A stretch of 64,000 nt of DNA from the NCBI GenBank assembly GCA_000165345.1, contig CM000434.1, forward strand, positions 224,001 through 288,000, in the 5' to 3' direction. Within the stretch, counting starts at the first letter, position 1. Each line of letters starts with the position of its first letter. Shown here piece after piece: positions 43,593 through 54,643 of the stretch. The notes beneath the pieces are model-generated. The model was not told where the DNA came from, did no database searches, and worked only from the letters and a program-made list of their open reading frames with translations. The position numbers and the translations under genes are program-made.

Positions 43593-45209
43593 TGAAGACG
43601 ATAAGCATTTCATACGTACGAGTCTACTCTTAAAAATTTATATTAATTTAATTTCAAGGTTGACTTTATATTGAGTCCTATTCTTTGTATTGAATTCGAA
43701 AAACCACTTTTTTATTTTATAGAACGTAATACAAAATTTTTTTTTCAATTTTTTTGCGCGAAAGTTTAATTTATTTAAGACATAAAATTATATCTCAATC
43801 GTATAATGCACAAATATTGGTTCTTTTACATGTTCTTTTATTTTTATTCTAATGTATAATTGTTGTTGAGCACTCAAGCCTACGAAAATGAGATATTAAC
43901 TCCAAAGTTATCATCGTTCTTATTTTTTTTTTGAAATGTGGTTAATTAGATTTTCTATTCCAATAGCACTAAAGGTGATTTTTTTTTTCCGAATACCGAG
44001 TAATTCGTGCCAGCATTTTGACGAGGCGAATGCATTTATTACTATCCCTCTAATACAAGGTTTTTTTGATTTGAATTTTAATTTCTGAGTGCAGTGGATT
44101 TGTTCTGAATGGGAAAAAAAAGGTCTAAGCTCCTAAGCACTAAATTGCGACTTTTCGTTTTTTTTAATATTTTGGGTAACTGATTACGATATGCATTTTT
44201 ACTTTAGACGTTGTTCTGAATAATATCTACTCTAACTATTACTCTAGAAGTGAAATATATACAACAAATAGTAAGTTTGTTATCTTCGTATTCTTCGTGA
44301 AAAAAGTAATAAAAATTTGAAATAATTTTAATCTTTGAAGAAAAACTTCAAATAAGAATTTCCTAAAAATTAATAATTCATGTTTACAGCAAATTGATAC
44401 TTATTCACTATTACAAAAATCTGAATCTAACGCTTTTATTATTTTTTTTAGAAGAAAAATTTATTTTTCGAAATTTGAATAAGCAGAAATTTTAGAAATT
44501 AAATGTGTGCTTAAATAAAATCATAAGTGTTGTATTCACTTTTGTTAGCAACAATACTTGTTTCTATTTTAAATTATATTTTCCAAAAGGAAATTTTTTT
44601 CTTTTTTTTCTGGTAAAATTATTCACATTTTCCTTGCTTCCGCCTGCCTTCCAAGATCATTCGATAATCTCAAATTCGAACTTAAAAAAAAAGATCAAAT
44701 ATCGAGAAATGCATTAAGACATTACTGCAGATCAATATTCGGACTTTCTTATAACTATTAACAATCATTATTGTTTCTTGAAATCATTCATATTTATCGT
44801 TGTTAGATCAATTACTTTCACAATCAACTTTAAACAGAGGAAGAATGAGAATGAGATATTATAATGCAGACATCCTATGAAATTTTACCGTCAACTGTTC
44901 CGAATCTCATGTCCGATATTCCATAGAACAAATCAACATAGAAAAAGCACACAAACACGATTTAAAAACACACGCGCAAAACATGAATAAACATAGAAAG
45001 TAGTTTCAAGAACAAAGTAGAAGAGAAAGATGTCCCCAGAATAAATTAGTTAAAGTAGAATAGGAATTGTGTATAGGTAAGTTGAACAATTCTAACCAAG
45101 TCGAGAATTCAATGAATAAACACTCAACATTACATTATTAACTGATCGCTTATTTGCAGGTTAGACTAGTGTTCTTTTCTTCCTTTTTAAATTCTTAGAG
45201 AAGTAATCA

Positions 45210-45467
45210 CTAGATGTTTCTACAAATTATTGCAATACCCCAAACAATGGCCCAGATCCATCCAACAAATGGCAATAATAATTGGAGAACCCCAGTGATA
45301 ATGTCTGAAGCGTCATTATTTAGTATTCCAATAATAATCATCCCCAAACCAAAAATAATTATGTTCAATACTCCAAATAATACGTATTTGCCTTTATCAT
45401 GGGGTGAGGCTGTTGGTGTAGAAAACTTCTTGAGTCTTTCCCAAACTACTCTCAATGCATTTGACAT
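45210..45467 (-). CDS. Small two-TM proteolipid, tentatively Pmp3/UPF0057 (YqaE)-like, 85 aa
   Basis: Two hydrophobic helices (VLFGVLNIIIFGLGMIIIGIL and GVLQLLLPFVGWIWAIVWGIAII) resemble the Pmp3 family, recalled approximately from memory. A TCCCGCCTAA box at 45603 lies about 135 bp upstream. The ATG is confirmed. Confidence 0.45.
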   Translation of the reverse strand: MSNALRVVWERLKKFSTPTASPHDKGKYVLFGVLNIIIFGLGMIIIGILNNDASDIITGVLQLLLPFVGWIWAIVWGIAIICRNI

Positions 45468-45920
45468 TCTTGATCTTTAACCTGAAATAATAACAATATT
45501 AATAGTTTTTGGTGATTCTAATAATTTTAAAACTGGGCATTAATATCCTCATTGTGAGGGGTTATTGGGTAGTAATTCTTTTATTTAAAAACCGAGTGGA
45601 TATTCCCGCCTAATTTTGTGTGGAAATTTATCGTTACTTTCGAACGCATTCTTTTTATCTTGGCTAGCATATGAACAAATTATATGGAAAAATGCAACTA
45701 ACTTAACGTATAGAATTAAATAGATGAAAATGATAAATATACACTAAAGAGTTTTTATGTTATAATCTAAATGGGGACATCTTTCTCAGCACATAAATCC
45801 ATATAAAAAAAAAATCGAGTTAATTTATCCGAGTTGTCAATTAAAAAATTTTGTAATTATGTTATATAATCTTAAATGCATTACATTAAAATTCAAGAAT
45901 TAAACTTAAACATTTAAAAA

Positions 45921-47030
45921 TTAGTTTATGAATTTGCCTCTGGTCAACCTGCATTCTGATGGTTTTTTTGTATTATGGCTGCCTTCTGGATTAATCTTAA
46001 CCTTTTCTATTATTTTCTTGTGCGCATGTCTTACAGAGACTTTTTCAAACATATCCTCTCTAAAATGGTCTGAAACTGGTTTAAATCTATCTGAATTATT
46101 TTTTATTGAAGTTCCGAACATATGTGGCCCATCCGATCCGCTACAAAGAGTTTGTTGTTGAATATAATTAGGAGTTCTATAATCTGGAGCGTTTAACATA
46201 TTCATTCTGTAATCAGGTGTTTTTTGATTTTTTGAAAGAAGGTAAGGAGTTTTTTCAGGATCACTATTTGTACTATCAGAAGGTGTACTTGTAGAAGCAA
46301 AGTCATCATCAAGTGAAGTTGTCTTGTTTAAACCGGTAAGCACCTGTTTTTTTTCAAAAACGGGTTTAGGGGTGGTATCTTCATTATGTTGCATACCACT
46401 CAATTCATCAAAGGAGCTGGACATTTTTATATTAACTTTATTTTTTAGGATTGTGTTTTTCAAGTCAAGAAACTTTGAGGCTGCAGCGCTGACACTTACT
46501 TCACTTCCGTTAACGGCATTAGAAACCACTTCGTAGATAGAATTTAGTCCATTTATTAGCCTCTCAGATAGTTGAACATAATCCTCTTTTTTTCTTAATT
46601 CACTTTCTTTTGACTTTCTTGAGCCTAAAACTGAGCCTTGGGAACTTTGTTTCTCTTTATGAGATATATGTATCAATCCCGGATTAGTTCCTTGTCTTGC
46701 AAACTTGGCCCCACCTCCAAATAATGACCCATCGAATTTAGTTGTTCTTGCTCCACTGACAACTCCTCTTGAAAAAATATCCTTTTTTCTCGACTCATAC
46801 TCTGCTTGGCTACGTTTTAGAGGATCTGTTAATATATCATAAGCTTCAACTATATCTTTAAATTTCGCCTCACACATCTGTCTATCATTTCCCATGTTTT
46901 TATCTGGGTGCCATTTTATCGCTAATTTATGATAAGCCTTCTTAATTTCCCCATCATTATTTAAATTGGATATCTTAAGATTCAAAATTTCACAGCATTC
47001 TTTTATTGACTTTTTGGGAGCATTCATCAT
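45921..47030 (-). CDS. DnaJ (Hsp40) J-domain protein, 369 aa
   Basis: The N-terminal J domain [47 protein letters not shown] carries the HPD motif. The ATG ATG start is confirmed. Confidence 0.75.
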   Translation of the reverse strand: MMNAPKKSIKECCEILNLKISNLNNDGEIKKAYHKLAIKWHPDKNMGNDRQMCEAKFKDIVEAYDILTDPLKRSQAEYESRKKDIFSRGVVSGARTTKFDGSLFGGGAKFARQGTNPGLIHISHKEKQSSQGSVLGSRKSKESELRKKEDYVQLSERLINGLNSIYEVVSNAVNGSEVSVSAAASKFLDLKNTILKNKVNIKMSSSFDELSGMQHNEDTTPKPVFEKKQVLTGLNKTTSLDDDFASTSTPSDSTNSDPEKTPYLLSKNQKTPDYRMNMLNAPDYRTPNYIQQQTLCSGSDGPHMFGTSIKNNSDRFKPVSDHFREDMFEKVSVRHAHKKIIEKVKINPEGSHNTKKPSECRLTRGKFIN

Positions 47031-47683
47031 TGAAATTTTGCCAAAAAATTGAAATTAATTTATGCTCTTAAATTCTGAGCTAATTGTGGTCTTAATTATA
47101 TGAAGAAAAATACTCAAATTTCAAGGCATTTGTATGAATTTTCTTAAATCTATATTCTAACTTTCTTCCCTGCTATTATTCCCTAACTCAAGGCCACTCA
47201 CTTATTTTTTTCTTATTAAATATATTATTATCGAATTTAGACGTGTGAGCACGTACATGTAATTTGGGTGTGTGTAATATCTACACAATGAACAAAAAAA
47301 AAAGAAATTGATAATCAAAGCTACACAAAACTAAAAACTTAAGAATTTAATTACTATGTTATATTCATAAGAAATCACATCATTAATTCACATTTAAAGT
47401 GAAAATTCTCTAATTTTTTTTTTTTTATTAGTTTTTTTTTTTTTTTAATTTAAAGTTGAGCGATGAGGGGTTGTAGAAAAGACGAAAAACCATGCTAATA
47501 TAACTGTGATATTAAATTCGCTCGCTTGTAATATCTTTTATAAGATTTGTCTCTAATACTCGAAAAAAAAATAGTTTTTAAGAAAGGTACCCATGTTTGT
47601 ATTTAGCACTGGTCCAAGCCAAAAGTGAGAATAACCATATTTAAAAGTTATATAGTATCAACATAAACAATAATACTCTAATC

Positions 47684-49288
47684 ATGTCGAAAATTCTTTG
47701 CAATGTGTTGTTATTGTTATTTATCTTCTTCTCATATTGTATGTGTGGGGATATGATTTCAGCAATAATTGAAAGTGCTAGTTCAAATTTACAAAATGCT
47801 CCAACTTTAAGAAAAGATGTTGAGCTTGATATCAAAAACAACAAGCCAAAGAACTTTAAACAAGGTAACAAGAGATGGTTTAAAGCAAAGAAAGATCTAA
47901 TGAAATTCACTCCACAGAAAGGGATTGAGCTCGGGAAAAAGATCGCTCGTAATGCTTCTATTGGAGTTATTTGGATTTACGAGCCAGGACTTTTATTAGC
48001 AGAGGAATTAGTATCCCCTTGCTTTGGTATAATAAGTTATTACCCAAATATGCAAATTACTGTAATGAAAGGAGAAAGATTCTTAGGTATTATTTGTGAT
48101 GCTAGAGACTATAAGCCAATTAATACTGATAGATTTAAATGGTATGTAGCTATAGGAAATGATCTCAGTTTTACTGCAAGATATTATGTTAAAGAGGGGA
48201 TGTATATAAAGGAGGGTCAGGAACTTGGTCATCTTTCCAGGCCAGCTAGATCAGTTGGAAGAGTTGCAATAAAATCTAGGGCAAGATGTTCTGGAATAAT
48301 TGTATTATGCAAAACTGGTCCATTGGAAACTGGAGAAGAGTTCCTAAGAATATCATGTGATGCTGCTACAGGCACTGCTGATGTTAACAATAGTCTAGTT
48401 GATAAATCTCATACATCTCTTCTTGATCAATCAGATATGGGAAAAAGTATTCCAAAGCTTAGAGGTCTTGCTCAGATTTCTCCAGAACAGGCTGATTATG
48501 ATGGTAAACAGTTTAAACTTCCTCAAATAATGAATTCTGCAGAAGAATCAAATATTATAGGAGACGATGACGGAAAATCTGAGTCTGAAGAGGAAGAAGA
48601 GTTTGGTAATAATAAAGATACTAGAAATATCCAAAGTACTAAGAAAGAAGAAAAGATTAAAATTCCTTTAGATAGCTCAGACACTCTTGATGAAAGCACT
48701 CCCTCATCTAACTCTGACTTGAATATCATCAACAAAGCAATTCAACCACCGCCTGAAGCCAAGAAAGGTAAGAACTTTTTTGATTTCGAGTTTGAGGAAG
48801 AAGATGATGGAGTCAATGACGAAACTGAATATAAAAAAGTGATTCAAGAATTAGGAAATAATGAAGAAGATGAAAAGAATACTGAAAAGGAAAAATTAGA
48901 AAAAGAAAAATTAGAAAAAGAACAATTAGAAAAAGAAAAATTAGAAAGAGAAAGAATAGAAAAAGAAAGATTAGAAAAGGAAAAAATCGAAAAAGAAATA
49001 CTTGAAAAGGAAAGATTAGAAAAAGAAAGGTTAGAAAAAGAAAGATTGATGAAAGCAGATGCAAAGAAGAAAGAAGTGGATGTATCTTCATCAATCCCAG
49101 GATCTACTGATTATCATGTCATATTACAGACTCACAGGAATGCAAACGAAAACTTTAAAAAACACCCAGAAAAGAAAGTAGAAAGAAAACATAACGAAAT
49201 TGGTTCTGTCAAAACTGGAGGCGTAATAGATTTAGATGGCTTGAGTTCTAGTATAGTAAGCGAAGCTGAAATCAGTATTTTGGACTAG
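47684..49288 (+). CDS. Secreted hypothetical protein with a C-terminal (LEKEK)n coiled-coil repeat block, 534 aa
   Basis: The N-terminus is a signal peptide (MSKILCNVLLLLFIFFSYCMCG). The DNA at 48886-49050 is a tandem array of 24-nt units, gaaaaagaaaaattagaaaaagaa, encoding EKEKLEKE repeats. Confidence 0.6.
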   Translation: MSKILCNVLLLLFIFFSYCMCGDMISAIIESASSNLQNAPTLRKDVELDIKNNKPKNFKQGNKRWFKAKKDLMKFTPQKGIELGKKIARNASIGVIWIYEPGLLLAEELVSPCFGIISYYPNMQITVMKGERFLGIICDARDYKPINTDRFKWYVAIGNDLSFTARYYVKEGMYIKEGQELGHLSRPARSVGRVAIKSRARCSGIIVLCKTGPLETGEEFLRISCDAATGTADVNNSLVDKSHTSLLDQSDMGKSIPKLRGLAQISPEQADYDGKQFKLPQIMNSAEESNIIGDDDGKSESEEEEEFGNNKDTRNIQSTKKEEKIKIPLDSSDTLDESTPSSNSDLNIINKAIQPPPEAKKGKNFFDFEFEEEDDGVNDETEYKKVIQELGNNEEDEKNTEKEKLEKEKLEKEQLEKEKLERERIEKERLEKEKIEKEILEKERLEKERLEKERLMKADAKKKEVDVSSSIPGSTDYHVILQTHRNANENFKKHPEKKVERKHNEIGSVKTGGVIDLDGLSSSIVSEAEISILD

Positions 49289-49541
49289 ATGTTAATAAAC
49301 TGAACTAATGGATATAAAAATCACAATATATCTACAAATAGCTAGATACTGCTCGAAATGAAAAAAAAAATATATATATATATATTCTTAAATTATACTG
49401 GAAGTTAGTTCTCCAGTGTTTAAATAATATTTCTTCCTTATGAAATAAGTCATAATTCTCTGTTTGAGGAATAATTTAATAAATAATAAAAAAAATATAT
49501 ATTATTAACTTCATGTAGTAGCAGACTTAACGTATTATTTA

Positions 49542-50918
49542 TTATTCCTTATTCTCCATTCGATCGTACTGGCTAACTTTTTCTGGCCTTGTATTTGAAT
49601 CCTTTTCGTGAAAGAGAGCATCATCGCAAGCCTTTATTAACAAACTCCTTATTGGACGATACCTTTCAGTACTGTCATAATAAGTTTCTGCTTTAAGCTT
49701 GAAAAATGTTATAAGAGCTTCTGCACATTCTATAATTGATTGTTTCCCGAGTATTATATCACAATAGTCTGATAAACTAATCCTCTGTGTAATATGTTTG
49801 ATTTGAGGAATATTGTCAACAGAAGTTTTTAATTGAATAGCTTTTTCCCTAAGATTTTGTGGTAATAAGCTACATATGCCACTTCTGGTTCTAAGTAATC
49901 TAACAAACTCCCTTCTTTCTTTAGTTGGCTCAGTTTTGATAGGCTTTTTTGCTGACCTTAATACAGAATATTGAGAATAGGCTCTGTCATTGTAAACATC
50001 CCAGCGTCCAGTACTATATCCCGCTTCCTTACAAATTTGACGAAATTTTTGTCTAAACATCTTATAAAAAAGACTCCATTGGCCATGGAATCTTGCCATT
50101 AGATCAACAAAAATCCTCTCACAATCCCCTTCTCCACGATAAGTATTTAATAAATAAATCCCCTCGCAAATATGTTGTTGGGTCCATCCACTACCTGCTC
50201 TACTTCCAGAATATCCCTGATTACTAGAAGATCCATCTAATCCAATTCCTCCAAGTACACTAACTAAGTCCGATTGTATCATTCTATATATATTATTAAC
50301 TTTTGTCATAATTTCAGGTTCTCTTGTGGCAATAATTTTACACCAATTAACATTTCCTCTCTCATTTTGATGAGCTTTTGGCAATCCTCTATACTTTGAT
50401 CCAGAAAGTCGCCTAATTGTATTAAACTGATGTTCTGGTTTCATTGTAGGAATAGGAATTGAAAATATGAGCTCTTCTGAAGGATGTACGTACATTTCAA
50501 GTTCCTCTTCTCTAATTGAAGGTCCAGGTTCCCCAAATTTGAAATCTGGAGCTGAAGCTTTGGCTCCCGTATCTTTCCTGGAGTCTGAAATACCAGCTCC
50601 TATCAAATCTATTTTTTCAGCTGAAGTTGGTAAACTCTCACTTTTTCTAGCAGATGTAACTTTAGCTGCATCTATAATTGAATCTTTTTCATCTTGTTTT
50701 TCTTCAGAAGCATCTAAAAGTGGCTGAAATGGTTCCGTATGTTGTGCATCAGAACCAATCTTACGTATACTGTCAATTAACTTTGCTTGATCAAGATCTT
50801 GTTCATCTCCTAGTTCTTTTTCCAAACCACTATATATATTTTCATTACCTGTTGTAAGTATTACTTCCCTCGCAAATTTCACACAAAACAGAAGTAACCA
50901 AAATATTTTAATTTCCAT
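49542..50918 (-). CDS. Secreted hypothetical protein, 458 aa
   Basis: The N-terminus is a signal peptide (MEIKIFWLLLFCVKFAREVIL). The ATG is confirmed. I recognise no domain. Confidence 0.55.
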   Translation of the reverse strand: MEIKIFWLLLFCVKFAREVILTTGNENIYSGLEKELGDEQDLDQAKLIDSIRKIGSDAQHTEPFQPLLDASEEKQDEKDSIIDAAKVTSARKSESLPTSAEKIDLIGAGISDSRKDTGAKASAPDFKFGEPGPSIREEELEMYVHPSEELIFSIPIPTMKPEHQFNTIRRLSGSKYRGLPKAHQNERGNVNWCKIIATREPEIMTKVNNIYRMIQSDLVSVLGGIGLDGSSSNQGYSGSRAGSGWTQQHICEGIYLLNTYRGEGDCERIFVDLMARFHGQWSLFYKMFRQKFRQICKEAGYSTGRWDVYNDRAYSQYSVLRSAKKPIKTEPTKERREFVRLLRTRSGICSLLPQNLREKAIQLKTSVDNIPQIKHITQRISLSDYCDIILGKQSIIECAEALITFFKLKAETYYDSTERYRPIRSLLIKACDDALFHEKDSNTRPEKVSQYDRMENKE

Positions 50919-51737
50919 ATTCTAAATAAGTTTGTATTGACATTGTTCAAAATTGTCTATAGAAATTTATCGTACTCCCAACGTTTTTACCTTTTTAATC
51001 CTTTTTCAAAAAATTTTACCAGACCGTTATGGCGCGCAAGCTCATAAAGATCTAGAAATAGAGAAAATGCAATGATTTCAAATTAAATAAAAAAATTTAC
51101 CAACTATTCAAATGCTAGAATATCTTAGAAATAATATTCAATTCTTTAAATAGATAGCTTTGCTATGTCATTGGCTCTATTGATCTTTTTTGTTTTGGGA
51201 TAATTGTGTTTCTTAATTAACTAAGTACTATAAAACTTAACAAATAATAAATAAATATATATATTTATATTTAAAAAAAAAAAAATATTAACAAACAAAT
51301 CATTTACGCCTTTCCTTGTGTTAATCTCTTATTATTGCATCAATCACTCTGAAATTTTGAAGGAACCTAATTTAACTTAACAATCTCGTTTCTTGGAGAT
51401 ACGAACTCTTCACACGTCGTAATCTTGCATCTTACAGTTTCTAACACAAATAATCGAATAAACTTAAGCTGTTTGTGCATATATAACAATAATTGTGAAT
51501 AATTTGTGTTATATTAATAAAATAAAATTTTAGAGATAAGACATAGTAATTTATATTATTTAAAAAAAAAAAAGAAAGGAAGATAAGAAACCCATATAAT
51601 TGTTAAGGTTTGAAAACTTTATTTATTTTCAAACTACCACTCAAAATAAAACTTAACATTAACCTCCAAAAATAATTCTAAATTCATTAAATTATTGAAT
51701 CAATAATAATAAAAATTGCCATTAAACCTGTCTCCCA

Positions 51738-51755
51738 TTTTTCCCGCCACCTGTT
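51738..51755. promoter_or_regulatory. E2F-like TTTTTCCCGCCACC box about 135 bp upstream of the ATG at 51875
   Basis: Read directly. Confidence 0.5.
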
Positions 51756-51874
51756 TGTAAAAAATGACATGACCAATTCGTCAAGTAAGTCTGGATAAAC
51801 ATTACTCTCATAACCTTAAATTACTTAAATAGTAGATTCCCTGTACAAAATCAACAGAAAGGGAATAAATTCAG

Positions 51875-54328
51875 ATGAGATTTATACCATTCTCCATTAT
51901 ATGGCTATTCTACCTATTTTTTGGGCCATGTTTAGGTTTAAGAGCAAATACTACTCATAAGTTAGCAATAGATCAATTCCTTGGAGATCTAAGTTCTGAA
52001 AACCTTCAAATTTTAGAATATGACTTTATTTTTAGTAAATTAAAAGACATTAATGGAGATGTCAATGATTTACTAAAATCAATGTCTCAAAAAGAAAATT
52101 TGAAATATACTCTTCAAAAATATAAGACAAAGATTAAGAATATTGCAGAAGCTTTGTCTATTGAGATAAAAGACTCTTTAGATTCCCACTTAAATTTATT
52201 AGATAATTTGAATAATAAATTTCAGGAAATTAATATTGAAATTGTTAAAAAAGACTTTATATCAAAACAAGATAATATTTACCAACAGAATCTATTAAAT
52301 TATTTGAACAAACAATCTTTTAATAAAAGTATCCAATTCCTTGAAAAATCTGATATAGATAATAAGGAGGAGTTGATCAATCAATTAAAAAATTTACTAT
52401 ATTCAAGACACGAGAGTCAAAATGGTATTTTGGATAAAATAATCATTTTACATAAACTTGCTATTGAAATTGAACTCACTAAAATTGTTTATTTATACTC
52501 TAAGAATCAAACAGAATCGCGTGAATTTGAAAGCAAACTACAGAAATTTGTGAAAATGTTGCATTTATTGGCAAATTTTGAGCTATTTCTAAATGGATGC
52601 TTTAATTCTCCTTATGAAATCTCCATTACCAAAATTATTAATTTAAGCCAAAATTATGAAACAACAAGTTCTACAGATACTAGATTTGTTATTTATCCAA
52701 ATTTACTATTTGAACAAGAGATATGTGATCTTTCCATAATAAATCAAAATGAAAAGGACATTTTAAGTAAAAGTGAAAAAACTATTACACCTGTTACTAA
52801 TCAACAAGAGTTTTGTACAAATTCTTATGAATCTAATGAAAATATATCATTCAACCAATCAGAGGTTTTGAATCAAGTAAAAGTCAGTAATGAAAGTTCT
52901 TTATTACTGAATGATAAAAATGATTCATTGTTTGACTTTAATTCCCTCAAAAGTGTTAAACAAAACGAAGTATTTAATCAAATTTACAATGATAATCAAT
53001 TTAAAGTAGAAATCGATATAATTTCTCCCATTCTTAGTGTTGAATCAAATAAATCACCTAGAATTGGAGATTATATAATTAATAATGATTTTAATCAATA
53101 TTCTGCAAACAAGTCTCACGATTCTATTAGGAATACTCGTGAGACATTTAAAATTAATGATGAAGAAGTAAAGTCACATATGAATAATATACGTATTAAA
53201 CAAATGCATAAAAATACAATTATAGATAAAAGAAAAAATTACAAAGATTCAAAATTGGACTTAGCATCATTAAGAAAATGTTTTGAATATCAATATGTTT
53301 GTTTACTAGCCAGACATTTGGAAGATGACGAAATTTTGGAGCTAGACAGTTACTTATTTTCTTATGGAGTTAAATTACCTCTAGAAAAGGATTCTAATTT
53401 AATTTGGTCAATTTCAGAAAGCTTAGTTGATAATTTTGGTGCAAGAAAAAGGCTAATTGAACACGTCTCACAGAAAATTATTGATTTTACTTTGTCTATA
53501 GGCCGATTAAATACTGATCCTTTAATGAATACTGGAAATCAAAGGAATGATCAAATAGGGTTTTACAGGGAAAAACACATCGATATTCTTTCAATTTTAA
53601 TTGCTTTAAGGGAATTCTTAAATTCTAAAAATTCAGAAGAAATTTCTACAGCCAGAATAAATTTTATTGATAAATTTGTACCTTTAATTAAACGTCATTC
53701 AAACAAAAAAATCAAATTTTCTAAAAATTCAGAAACAAACAAAAAAAAAAGTCAATTTGACTTATCAAGTTATCATGCCAGCAGTAGATTTATAAAACTA
53801 AGAGACTCATTCGATAATGATGGTGAATCAAAATATAATTCAGAAAATGGATTACTACCTACAAATATTAGTGAGACAATAAGTGAACCAAGTCTTTATG
53901 AGCTATGTACTAGATTTATCACAACTCTATCAATTACCAAGTCAGTTAAAAGTTTCAATGATAATTCCTATAAGTTTGCTCAAAAAGTTTGCTCAATGAT
54001 TTTTGAACAACCTATTCATAATATCTTAAGTAGTCAAGATTATGCATGGCTTACTGGATTTACTTTGGTTAGAACAGTAAATTATTTAATCAAAAAACAA
54101 AATCTTCCTGAAGAAATTTTTATTGATCATGAAAATGCGCTTAGAGCTCTAAACTATTCATTCTCACAAAAAGTTTACAATTTTCATCAAGCATGTACAC
54201 AATCTCTTATTTCTCAAAAAAGTACCGCTATTTATCGAAATAATATTTCATTACATTTAATTAAACCTTTGATGAAAATATCATGCGCAGAATATTTTGG
54301 AATTAGCGTATTTTTATATGAAAATTAG
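51875..54328 (+). CDS. Secreted Asn/Ser-rich hypothetical protein, 817 aa
   Basis: The N-terminus is a signal peptide (MRFIPFSIIWLFYLFFGPCLG). The protein is long and low-complexity but non-repetitive. The ATG is confirmed. Confidence 0.6.
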   Translation: MRFIPFSIIWLFYLFFGPCLGLRANTTHKLAIDQFLGDLSSENLQILEYDFIFSKLKDINGDVNDLLKSMSQKENLKYTLQKYKTKIKNIAEALSIEIKDSLDSHLNLLDNLNNKFQEINIEIVKKDFISKQDNIYQQNLLNYLNKQSFNKSIQFLEKSDIDNKEELINQLKNLLYSRHESQNGILDKIIILHKLAIEIELTKIVYLYSKNQTESREFESKLQKFVKMLHLLANFELFLNGCFNSPYEISITKIINLSQNYETTSSTDTRFVIYPNLLFEQEICDLSIINQNEKDILSKSEKTITPVTNQQEFCTNSYESNENISFNQSEVLNQVKVSNESSLLLNDKNDSLFDFNSLKSVKQNEVFNQIYNDNQFKVEIDIISPILSVESNKSPRIGDYIINNDFNQYSANKSHDSIRNTRETFKINDEEVKSHMNNIRIKQMHKNTIIDKRKNYKDSKLDLASLRKCFEYQYVCLLARHLEDDEILELDSYLFSYGVKLPLEKDSNLIWSISESLVDNFGARKRLIEHVSQKIIDFTLSIGRLNTDPLMNTGNQRNDQIGFYREKHIDILSILIALREFLNSKNSEEISTARINFIDKFVPLIKRHSNKKIKFSKNSETNKKKSQFDLSSYHASSRFIKLRDSFDNDGESKYNSENGLLPTNISETISEPSLYELCTRFITTLSITKSVKSFNDNSYKFAQKVCSMIFEQPIHNILSSQDYAWLTGFTLVRTVNYLIKKQNLPEEIFIDHENALRALNYSFSQKVYNFHQACTQSLISQKSTAIYRNNISLHLIKPLMKISCAEYFGISVFLYEN

Positions 54329-54455
54329 ATAATTATATTCAATTATTATTTCGTTCTAATTATATCTAAAATAGAAATGTCGGTATTCCTTCTCTTTTCC
54401 CCTAATACTTCTTTGATTTTTAATATTCTTAATATATTGCGCCCGTTACCTAGAT

Positions 54456-54529
54456 GGCTGGATGGCCGAGTGGACTAAGGCGCAGCATTCAGGTTGCTGT
54501 TTTCAGGGGTTCGAATCCCCTTTCAGTCA
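54456..54529 (+). tRNA. tRNA-Leu(CAG)-like gene, 74 nt, with an atypically short variable region
   Basis: The acceptor is GGCTGGA/TTCAGTC (two G-U pairs) with discriminator A. The class-II-style D-arm is GCC-GAGTGGACTAA-GGC. The anticodon arm is CAGCA-TTCAGGT-TGCTG (anticodon CAG, G37). The T-arm is AGGGG-TTCGAAT-CCCCT. A T5 run follows immediately downstream. The gene resembles human tRNA-Leu-CAG (GTCAGGATGGCCGAGCGGTCTAAGGCGCTGCGTTCAGGTCGCAG...) but only TTTTC (5 nt) sits where the long variable arm should be. Confidence 0.6.
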
Positions 54530-54643
54530 CTTTTTCCTATAATAAAAAAAAAATTAAATTGGCACTGAGGATCAGTAAAAAACGGAATGAACAGAGATAT
54601 GAATAATAATACTCAATTTATTTTGATAACAGATATCTAACAT

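Noticed and set aside
48813-49094. Minus-strand 93-aa ORF (FLFLIF... repeats)
   Set aside because: It is the antisense translation of the (LEKEK)n 24-nt tandem repeat.
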